A stretch of 63,599 nt of DNA, counting the filler, from Sluysia triapertura (Eukaryota): the NCBI GenBank assembly GCA_046118255.1. It is 5 parts of 5 records of this genome, joined end to end, with 100 filler letters (N's around TTAATTAATTAA, not from the genome) between each part and the next. Parts side by side here need not be neighbours in the genome. Positions count along the whole stretch, not along the records: positions 39,136 to 51,991 come from JBJNIA010077492.1; 4 more parts are not named here. One strand, 5' to 3'. The notes below the pieces were generated by a model that was not told the origin of the DNA, did no database searches, and was given only the letters and a program-made list of their open reading frames with translations. Shown piece after piece: positions 40,855 to 52,091 of this stretch; positions within the stretch are counted from its first letter, which is position 1; the number at the start of each line of letters is the position of its first letter. A program made the translations under genes and the position numbers.

Positions 40855-41269
40855 CTAAAAATAAGTATCCATTTTCTTTAAAAATTAATATTTTTGAAAA
40901 ATTATCAAAATAAATCAAATCAAAAACATAAAATTAATATATATTGAAATTTAACTACAAATATCGTTTCTGAGAAACGTTTAGGAATCATTTGAATTTA
41001 GGAATTAATATGAATATGTAAAAAATTAAAGTAAAATTTGAAAAATAAATTCGAGTCAAAACTTATTCATTCGATAAAACAAATCAAATGAATTTCAATA
41101 GCTGACTTGATAAAAGTTCCAGTTTAAAACATTTAAATTAAGTCGATTAAAATTAAACATTTTTTTCAAGGTCCTTAATGACCTAATTAGTTGAATAAAC
41201 ATTGAAATAATTATAAATATATAATTTTTAAATTATATTAAAAATTATGAAAATGAGAAAAGAACTCAC

Positions 41270-41784
41270 ATAATCTTTGTAAGTAGCATCTGGAAGAGGA
41301 GACTCATTTTCAAAATTAAAATCCTCTAATTTTACTTCATTAATAAATGACCCATATGCTTCAATTTCTTGTAAATCAATCCTAAAATCCCCTCCAGATT
41401 TATATTCACCGATAGTAATTATTATATACCTTCCAATTGTATCATTATATTTACATTTGGTTTCAACACGAGGTTCATTTCCAATAATATTTTTGTAACA
41501 CTCTTTCATTCTGGGTATATCAGTATCCAAGTAACACTCTCTAAATTCATCAGCCAAATAAACCGAAAATTGTTGTTTCGTAAATGAATATCGATGGTAA
41601 GTTACAATTGTATTAATATTGTATATTGCTTCTAAATCATAAGCAATATATGCAAATTTGATTTTATTTGTCCAAATGTTATTTATTTTATTGCCATCGA
41701 CAAGCATTTGAACTCGTTCTGGGATATAATTGGATTTACCAGGTTTATTAAGTAATACATTTTCATTAGTTAAAATTTTATCAA
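41270..41784 (-). CDS. Exon encoding an F-type lectin / F5-8 type C (discoidin)-like domain
   Basis: ttttctttag acceptor and gtgagt donor; NVLLNKP...LVDGN...IAYDLEAIYNINTIVTYHR...C...C...IGRYIII...IDLQEIEAYG follows the NVALxKP/AVDGN/VDL/GRYV/LxEVEVYG pattern. Confidence 0.8.
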
Positions 41785-43282
41785 CTAAAGAAAATAATAA
41801 TAATAAAAATTGTTTTACATTTTATAATTATAATTAAAATTAGGTAGGGATAAAATTCTAATACTGTTTTATATTTCATTTCTAAATGAAATTCAGGCCT
41901 TTACGAATTGTATTAATATAGTATTAATACAGGAAGTTTCAATTTTAATTGTAATATAACTTCACATGAATGATTATCTTCTGTATAATTATTTGACAAT
42001 TATAATAGATTAACTATTGAATAACTATTGAAATAAATTAAAATTATGTCTTATTACTTAAATAAGGTGATAACTTGAAGTTAAATAAGTTATACTTTAA
42101 TTTATGTTTTAACTTTACTTAAGTTACTAAATTAAATTTGCATTACTTTAAGTTGTAATGAAATTCTTTTATTTGTTTTTTATATTCTTTTCCATTTAAT
42201 AAATATATTTAATTTTAAAAATTTGATGTGTAATTTCTATTTTGTATCAATATTAGTTTTATAAACTAAATCGATCAAGATTGTTTTAATTTGTTCTAAT
42301 TTTAACTTAAATTTTTAGATCTTTTATTTCATATAGTGAACTCAATAAGTACGTTCACTAAATACAGCTAACAAAACAATATATAACTAAAGGAGCGGTA
42401 CTAATTAAAAATGATCGTTAAACATTTATTTTATTACATTTATTATCTGTAATAGTTCAGATTGATAATGGCCCAAATAGATTGATAATTTAGTAGATTG
42501 ATCACTAAATTTAATAGTTAAAAATGCAATCATTAAATAAATTTGGCAAACCAGTAGTTGTAGATATTAATTACGAATAATTAAATAGTAATGATGTGCG
42601 ATATTCTTGTTGAGTTATAATAGAAATTGATTTTCATTAGTTCGTATGTAGTATTTTCTAGTATTTTCTATTAATAGTAATAATAATAACAATACTAATT
42701 AATAATAATAATAATAATAAGCACATGTCAAAATCGTAAAATTAAAATGTTTATGAAAAGAGAATTTAATTAATTTTTCAATTAGTTTAAGTTGTATTAT
42801 AATTTAAAACAGAACATTGAAAAGTTGACTCCAATAACAAAAAATAGCAATTTAAATTTTTAATAAGGAACAATAACAAAAGGGATACAATTTCGTACGA
42901 AATCGTCTTGAAATTTAAACTTCCTTATGATACTAATTGCTTCAATTCGTGAATGTGTAACGATAACATCACTTTTAAATCAAATGAAACTGTACAGAAT
43001 TTGAAAGAAGTTTCATTTAACAATAAATCGTTTATTTTATTGTTTAACATTAAAATATAATTTGTATCAGTTATATTAATATTTATTTTCATAAAATTTT
43101 CATTGTTATAACTATTATGTAGTGAATTGAAATTCCATAATTCTTACAAAATACAACATTCAATTTCTAAAGTGCTAAACCGAAAATCCAGAATACCTTG
43201 CAACATCAACACAATATTCATAATCGTGAAGACAATAAAATAATCTATATGTTGAGTTTGGTTAAAGATGAAGTAAATGTAA

Positions 43283-43590
43283 GGGTTATAACTTATATTG
43301 TAAGAATAAAGTAAATATTATTGATGAATTAAGATAAAACATTATGACGAATTGTGTTAATGGAATATGAATCAAAATAAAAGAAAAAAAGATACGAAGA
43401 GAGAACCCTTTACCTCTTAAAAGTAATTAATTAATTAATTTCATTAAAAATTCTTTGATCTAATAATTTGCACATGATAAAATAACATTAAAATTAAGGT
43501 GTAATGTTGAATTTTATTACTATTCCTAATTTTGAAATGTTGTGAAGCACATCGACGCAGATAACATGAAAATTAGTTATTTTACTTAGT
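43283..43590 (+). repeat. Dispersed repeat family B, copy 2
   Basis: Collinear similarity to 35950-36200. Confidence 0.75.
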
Positions 43591-44022
43591 TTTTACTTAA
43601 ATTCATATTTGTTTTAAGGCCTAAGTATATATTAAAATGTTGCTCACTAGCATATGTAATTACATTTGTAAATAGATGTAATGCAATTGTAAATTAAAGA
43701 TAATTGTGGTAGTACAGCCTCATAGATTACATCACTTACTTTAATCAAAAACCACACAAACTTCATTATAAAAATCACACTAAAACAAAGTCCATTCGTA
43801 ATCTTTACACTATCACACTTTTCATCATTAACAAAACATAGACGTATAATAAACTTTAACATTTTTAATACTCTGTTTATTGATATATAAGTAACACTTG
43901 TCGTCATGTCATCATACGTCAACGCCACTCTTTTAGTGTATCTTGTTTTGTATTATGTGATATTAGTTATTAGCAAAGTGATATTTCATGCAATATATTC
44001 TGTTAAATAATAAAAATAATAA

Positions 44023-47000
44023 ACATTATATAACAATATAATAATTATAGTGATTGCATTAATAATATCTCAGGCATTTTCAGTAATTGGAATTTATAAA
44101 ATATCAGAATTTACATGGAAACTAATAATCGAATGTTTCCCATGTTTAGCTAAGTATCTATTACATCATCATGCCAACGCACAAATAAATGCTTTGAGAA
44201 AGGAAAGACATCAAACAGAAGAACGGCAACAACTAAATATAACATTACAGTCATTACAAAATAATGAAAACGAAGATATTATAGAAAATAAGAAACTATT
44301 AGAAGATCAAACAATTAAAGAAACTCAGAAGAAAAGGATATATCCTATTACTCCAAAATCACCACCACATGTAATATATATGATCTGTGCAAACAATAAT
44401 TACAATGGCTCAAAAAGACCGATGGTAAATATAAGAATAAACGGAAGAACACTTTTAGCACTAATAGATACGAGACGTGGCTTCTTTGATCAATGAAAAC
44501 TTCCTAACTAAAGATGAATTAAAAATCTTCGCACACCGCACCTCTCATCTGTCAGGAGATACAGGAGACGCAATTAATATAGTTGGTGTAATGAAAGCTT
44601 TTTGTGAAGTAGGACAGAATACATTAGAAATTAAGTTACGAGTGATGAAAAATGTCCTGAATAAATGATAATGGGAGTGGATATATTATCCCAACTAAAA
44701 GAAATAACCTTAGATTTCGATCAAGTAAGATTAATGGATAGTAAATCATGAAAGAGCCATCGATGACGATGTGTATATAAATGAACAATTTTGGTTACTA
44801 AAAAGAAGTGATGCCAGCCAAAACTAATAGTCTGTTGACCGGTAATATTATGTTTATTGCACCGGAAGCTAATAAAGAGAAATTAGACAAAAATTGCAAG
44901 TGCAGTATGTAATAATTGTGAAAAAAGAACACCTGTCCGCAGTATAAACTATACGAATGATTACAAATGGCTTTATACTGGCACTAAATTAGGAAAAATT
45001 TATAAGTAAATAATACCTGCACACATTAATATGATAATGGAGGACAAAAATAAGTTAGAAAATAAAAACAAGAATAATATAAAATTACAGTGTGAGATGC
45101 AAGATGAAGCTTATGATGAAATCCAAATCACCAATAAAAATCTACCAAAGAAACAAAAAGATAAGCTATATGATGTTATTTATAGATATCCAAGAGCGAT
45201 ATCGAAAAATAAATATGATGTCGAAGATTCAGTAATAATTTAACATGAAATACCATTGATAATAAACAAAATAATTCGGAAGAAGCTGTATAGAATACCC
45301 ATATGTAACTAAAAAAAAATGCAGGATCAAATAGATGCTATGAAAAAGACTGGGGTAATAAGGCCAAGTTTCTCTCCATTTCATCTCCTGTTTTACTAGT
45401 CAAAAAGAAAGATGGAACAATGAGATTTTGTATAGATTTAAGCGAATTAAATAAAATAACAAGAAAAGATAAATTTCTGTTAACACGTGTATATGAAATG
45501 TTAGATAAATTAGGACATGCAACATACTATACGACTCTTGATCTACAAAGTGGTTATTGGCTGATAGAGATAGCCGAAAAAGATAAAAATAAAACCGAAT
45601 TTCCTTGTGGTTTATATGAGTTATATGAATGTGAGAAAATTCCGTTTGGATCAACTGGAGCACCTGCTACTTTTCAAAGGTGCATGAATTTCGTGTTACC
45701 TGGATGTAAAAATGTTATGGTATATATTGATAATACAATAATATTTTCGAAAGATTTTGACATACATGTAAAAGATATTGATAATATCCTAAATAGGCTG
45801 GAAATATCTAGATTAAAAATTAAACCTACTAAATGTGTTTGGGCCGAAGAAAGAGTTGCATTTTTAGGGCATACAGTATCGAAAGATGGGATAAAACCTA
45901 ATCCGAGAAATATTGAAAATTTGGTTAAATTTCCACAACCAGACAATGTAAAAATGGTACAACGCCTTTTGGGTTTAGCTAATTATTTTAGAAGATTCGT
46001 TAAGATAGCACAGCCACTTAGAAAAGTGACAAATACAGATGGACGGAGGAACAAACAAAATCTTTTAAAGAATAAAAAGAGCGACTAACTACAACACCGA
46101 TATTAGTATTCCCAGATGTTAATAAACCATTCATACTCAATACAGATGCTAGCAATTATGCCATAAGAGCAATTCTGGGACAAAGGTAATCGCATATGCT
46201 AGTCGACGATTAAATAAAGCAGAAATAAATTACTCTACAATAGAGAGGGAGTGTATAGCAATAGTATATGCGTATAAATAGTTTAGACATTACTTATTAG
46301 ACATAAACCATTGACGTACCTGTATAACCATCGAGATGAGGTTAGTATATTAAATAAGTGTTTTAAGAAACTATCAGGATTCGATTTAGAAGTCATCTTA
46401 TAAACCAGGCTCGCAAAATAACGGTGATGATTATATGTCATGATTAATAAATGTAGACGATAAAGGAAACACTAACTTGATACAAATGATGTCAACATCG
46501 GGTAAAGTACAGGATAGCAAGGAAATTATCCAAACATCAAAGAGAAGATGAAGAAATTTCATCTATTATTGATTCTTTAGCGAAAGGGACATATCGAAAA
46601 TCAGGCAAAGAGATTGGCTATCACAGATGGAATTCTTCGATTTAGAAATTCGAAAGAAGATTGGAAAACCATGGCTTCCAAATCATTAATAACACCAATT
46701 TTAATACAGTTTCATGATGGCCAATTAGGAGGACATCTGTCTGTAAGAAAAACACTATCATGTAAAAAAGATAAATATTATTGGGGGAACATGGAAGAAG
46801 ATATTAAAAAATTGTGTAAGGATTGTTCAGTCTGTTGTAGAAGAAAAAATACAGGAATTAGGACAATCAAATCAATGCCGGTACCATTATCACCTATGGA
46901 GTTTACGGTGATGGATACAATGGGACCATTACCGGAAAATATTAATGGAAATAAATATATTATAGTATTTGCCGACTATTTAACTAAATGGCCTGAGGCA

Positions 47001-48880
47001 TATCCAATGCCAAACCAAAAAGCAGAAACTGTCGCACAAATACTTGTAGAGAAAATAATTTACAGATATGGCACACCACGAATGTTACTTACAGATCAGG
47101 GTACAAATTTTACTAGTTATGTAATTAAATCAGTGTAATTAAAATATTCGATATCTTGAGAATTTACACATCACGATATCATCCACAAACTGATGGACTA
47201 GTTGAACGATTTAATCGAACATTGATAAATATGCTTCAATCGTATGTAAATGATAGACAATCAGACTGGGATTTGTATATTGCACCATGTTTATTTGATT
47301 ATAGAAGCTCGATGCACCTAACTACGAATTTTACGCCGTTTTATTTAATGCACGGACGTCACTCAAATATGGCAGTGGATTTAGACTGGATACCAGCTAC
47401 ATCGCAATATATGGATTCACCAGAATATGTAACAGTGATGCACGAAAGATTACAAGATGCTTGGAAACGTGTCGATTTACGGATAAAGTTCTCTCAAGAA
47501 TCATATAAGGACTCATATATAAAATAGCCAAGGGACATAATTTTCTGGTTGGTGACAAAGTGCTTATCAAGTATCCATTAGTAAAACCAGAACGATCACC
47601 AAAATTACACAAGCCATTTAAAGGACCATAAGGATACAACCAAACTAGATCCTGAAACCTTTATAGTTCATGCAAATAGATGCAAAATAGCACCAAATGA
47701 TTAGTAAAAGTTAAGAAATAAAACAGTTAAAAAGTCAATATTAAAAGTAAAACCAAAAACCAAAGATCGCGACAAACCACATTCAATGCAATCATTAGTT
47801 GATTAACAAAAAATAATGATTTTCAATGTATCAAGTGGAATAAGCACACATATTTTCCAAAATGTACGATTGAAAGGTAGATGGATCCGAGCTTTTATAG
47901 AAACAGGAGCTACCACATCTGTAATACATTATAATTTTTTGACTACATGGGAAACCGTTTGTATGGATCCACTACAAGCGATAATTTATAATGTACAGCG
48001 GACATTATAATAAAATGCACATTTGGATGTTTAGACAAACGAGTAAATGAATATGTCTACGTTTGGGGAGAGCGCCATTTCGACTTGATAATTGGTTTAA
48101 ATATACTTGATAAATTGGATGACACAGTTATACATATTACTGTCTTATGAAATTTCCACAAGGTGCACAATTACTACTTCCATAGGTTGTGTTCCATCTC
48201 CTGATAATAACGTTACTCCAATTTATATCCCAACACCTGATCTTGAGTCTAATAATCCAGTACCGCCACCAGGACGATCATCCACCGACTCATCAATGTC
48301 AGCAGTAACAAGCGAACTCTCGCAGTCGTCATCATCAGGAATTGGCTCTGTTGACACAGTAATGCTTACATTTACTAAAGCGAATAATCGTAAGAAATCA
48401 TGGTGGACAACATTACTAATAGTAATGGTTGATTTCTATCTCTAATTAATTCTGCCAAATATATTGAAGAGGATGGAGGAGTATAGAAATTTATGCGCCG
48501 CAATTAATAATGGGAAAGAGCAAAAGATATCAATTACAAATATTTATAATGAGTATTGGAAAATAAAATTTACTTCGAAGAAAATGTTCTTATGACACAA
48601 ATTTTATATATATTGAATTTATCTATACCCATTACTAATTGGTAAAACACACCATGTAGGTAAGATTCAGCATTGCTTACAATACGCGTATAAACCAATG
48701 TTGATAGAATTCACATTGGATACAAAGCAAAACACGAGAAAGGTGCAAAATTTGGTGCAAAATATTACAACAAACAAATATGTGAACAATTGCACATCTA
48801 CATTTAAAAAATAATAATCCATCAAACAATATATTATCTGACTGTGTGGAGGGCAACAAATATTTGTATTTACAAATTCT
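44023..48880 (+). mobile_element. Decayed Ty3/Gypsy element: TM-PR-RT-RNaseH-IN-PR2-env-like; no LTRs or gag seen
   Basis: PR (INGRTLLALIDT.../IMGVDIL), RT (RFCID, LDLQSGYW, PFG..GAPATFQR, VYIDN), RNase H ([15 protein letters not shown]), IN (HDGQLGGH...CSVC, MDTMGPLP, TDQGTNF, YHPQTDGLVERFNRT, PFKGP), second PR (RAFIETGATTSVI...PFDLIIGLNIL). Many frameshifts. Confidence 0.93.
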
Positions 48881-49079
48881 ACTATTATTTTTATATAATT
48901 TTAATTTTTTATGAAAGTTATTAATTAAACAAAAACACTTTAACTTTAATTCAATTATGTGTAACAAAATAGGCGTAAGGCCTGTAAAATTTAGGAAAAT
49001 AAACATAACAAGATTTGACATTTTATTATTAATAAACACTAGAAAGCAACAAAACAAGTAAATAGTTAATAACAATAAA

Positions 49080-49600
49080 ACTACGTGTTTTTGTATATCC
49101 ACTAGAATATCTTCCAGTAGTTTCAACAATTTCAATAAACGATGATGTGATACTATTTCACGTATTGTTAGGAATTGCACCATAAATCTTGTAACCATAT
49201 TTGTATCAAATGCTTTGGCATCTTCTCGTTTATCTAAAGCGCTTTTAATTTTTGAACTATAATTATCCGGTTTTGAATATTCAAGTTTCGCTGACTTTGT
49301 ACTAATATGTTTCCTCGCATCGTCATTTATAATATTTGAATTTTTATTTTCATTATGATTCATATTTGTCTATACTGAGTTGCTGATTACCGTGGACTTA
49401 TTTCGAGTCACCGAATTAAGCATAGAAAACAAACCTAAAGTATTATTTTTATATTTTTGAACATGTTTATTCATAGATAATTCATTTCCTGTAGTATTTC
49501 TAGTACCATTATTGCGATTTCCTCTTTTTGCATCATAAGTGTTACTATTAATTGTAGGAACTACAGTGGTTTTATTTAATTTCATATCTTAACATCAGTA
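49080..49600 (-). pseudogene. Decayed low-complexity coding segment, possibly the distal tail of the TTLL copy
   Basis: ORFs 49370..49585 and 48677..49363 are in the same frame, separated by a single TAG. Confidence 0.4.
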
Positions 49601-49859
49601 TATGCATCATTATTAGTTTCAATATCACAAAATATTATAAACAATGATGCCAAAAATAATTTCATGAACATTAAAGCAAAAACGATGATAATTGATTTTT
49701 TTTATATAATTAAAATAATTTATTTCCTATTATTAAATATTATTTTTCATGATTAGTAGTAATATAATAGGTATACATATTTAGTTTGTAGTAAATTGTG
49801 TTATCAAATTGTAAGAAAATATAATTTCTAGATGTTTTGAATCTCAGTATTTTTATCTA

Positions 49860-51030
49860 TTTAAACAAAGGTGGCAATAAAGCAGATTCCATTTTAAAAC
49901 GTTCCGTGTTACTATTCGAAATAAAATCTAACTCATCGCGCTTGTACTTTGCCGTTTTTAAGCAAGCTGATTTAAAAATGATATCTTGTGATTTATTCTT
50001 TTCGTAACTAGAAATAGCAAGTAATGTGTCTTGGTCTTCCTTGCCAATTGATTTGCTGGTGATTTGAAGTAAGGAGTTTACTTTTGGTTTTACACTTTGC
50101 TTAGAAACATCTGATTTGGTTCTTGTTCAGTTCAAGTTTTCATCTGCAATACTCACAATATGATGTAATTTATTTCGAATATTACTTTCTCCAGATGGTA
50201 CAGATTGACTTTTGTTCAAAGCTGATGAAATATGCATCGATGTTTTTCTTTTTGTTTCCTTAATTTTCATAATACATAAATTACCGATTTTACTTAGTAT
50301 ATCTTTTTTTAATTTCGTTAACCTGTGAACTTAAATTGTACTTTAAAGCTAATTTTGTTATGGCATCATTATTTCTTCGTACCAATTGTTTAATAACTTC
50401 ATTATCATCAATCGTTTGATCGCTTTAAATCTGATATGCATCGTAGAGTCAGACACAAGTTTAGGCTTTTGTACGTATTTTCGAATAGCATGTCCTTTGA
50501 TAAATAAGCCTAGTATTTGATCGATAACAGGTTTTGTAAATGGGTCTTGCTTATACAAAAGTTCAAATTTTCCAGTATCACAATCAGGATCACGAGAACA
50601 ATCAAAAACAACTTTAAATGCATCTTCAATGACAGATTCAATCAATTGTGCAATAACATGAGTACTCGGTACCATACACGGACTTGAATTAATTTCAATT
50701 AACCACATTCGCATATCTTCACGATTGATCATAAAATCGGTTCCGCATAATTCAAATGAATTATGTTTTTTAGGAGATAAAAGTGCTTCTTTCGTAGCAA
50801 ATAAATTTGAATTAACAGTTGGCTGTAAACACGTTTCTTTTGTCGATGCTATACGAAATCCAATGATCAAAAGAAGGAAATGAATCATTATAAAAATATT
50901 TATAAAATTGGATTTACAGAACCGGATTGTTAAAAATGATTCCATTAATGCTGCCGAATCTTCTGTATTAGGAAAATTTTCTAATAATCGTGATCATATC
51001 AAATGTGAACTAAGAAATTGAGCATATTTA
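49860..51030 (-). pseudogene. TTLL3/TTLL8 tubulin monoglycylase pseudogene (C-terminal half, intronless)
   Basis: NSFELCGTDFMI...WLIEINSSPCMVPSTHVIAQL...VIEDAFKVVFD...CDTGKFELLYKQ is diagnostic of TTLL3/8. Upstream has deletion-riddled FD(I)R, YRRF and NNPV traces; the downstream tail is frameshifted. Confidence 0.85.
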
Positions 51031-51991
51031 TATAATTTCTGTTTGCTAAATTATGGTTATTAATTATATTTCGATTATATCTAGTAGTTACTGCAATTTC
51101 TTTTGAGATGAATAGTATGAATCGAGATCATATATATTGTGTAGTATTGGGGAAAAACATTGAGAAAAAACAAAATAAATAGAAATACAGATTGATAATA
51201 ATGATAAAAGAAATAATAATAACAATAACGTGGTTATTATGTTTATTAATACTACCATTGCTGATGTTGATATAAAATTTATTATAAAATTTGTTATTAA
51301 AGCTATTGTAAAAGTTATCAATTGATAATCATATTATATAACAATAATGAGAATAATTATTATATATGTTGTTTAATATGATTTGAATTGTAATAATAAT
51401 AGTAGTTCAAGATAATTACGTGTTTGTTTTTTGAATGAATTTAGTAATTTGTTTACTAATCTGTGTACATGTGAAGTGTTTTTATGTGATGTAGTGTGAT
51501 GAATTTTGCGTGATTTCCCTACAATAATAATTTTTTGATAATTTTGTGATTGCATAATAATTATTTCCATTTATGTGTGTATACATTTTGCATTTCTGTT
51601 TTTAGTTCTTGAATTCTCATTCTCCTTAATATATTTTAAAAATTTGAGGTCAATTTTTTGAAAGCGGAAATGATGTTAGGTTGTCATCACAACCCTCAAA
51701 AAATACATAAAATTCTTTAAAATTATTTAAAAATCAATTAAAACTATTTATAAATCTTTAAAATCACTCGAAGCTATTCTTCGCTTTCAAAATGATTATA
51801 AACATTTTACTGCTCATTATTCTTGTTCTAAAAATATTCAATTATGTTTATATTATCATATTTCAGATATTTTTTTATAACTTTTTGTGGTATCACACTA
51901 CAACATATATCATGCATCACATCCACTATCACCATCGACTACATAAAACTCATCACAAACAAATCACATCAAAATAAAACAAGTTTAAACA

Positions 51992-52091
51992 NNNNNNNNN
52001 NNNNNNNNNNNNNNNNNNNNNNNNNNNNNNNNNNNTTAATTAATTAANNNNNNNNNNNNNNNNNNNNNNNNNNNNNNNNNNNNNNNNNNNN
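51992..52091. other. Assembly linker
   Basis: N44-TTAATTAATTAA-N44. Confidence 0.97.

Noticed and set aside
45400-47639. Minus-strand ORFs 45400..45663, 45674..45946 and 47397..47639
   Set aside because: Antisense shadows of Gypsy pol.
43600-49000. LTR pair around the Gypsy element
   Set aside because: No direct repeat, PBS or PPT could be found by eye.
51780-51930. Possible Polinton cysteine-protease remnant (KHF.A..., Q...FCG)
   Set aside because: The catalytic FDS motif is missing and the similarity is too short to support.
15101-52091. Recurring palindrome TTAATTAATTAA at four sites
   Set aside because: Always centred in an exact 100-bp N spacer; it is an artificial six-frame-stop contig linker, so adjacency across it is not evidence.
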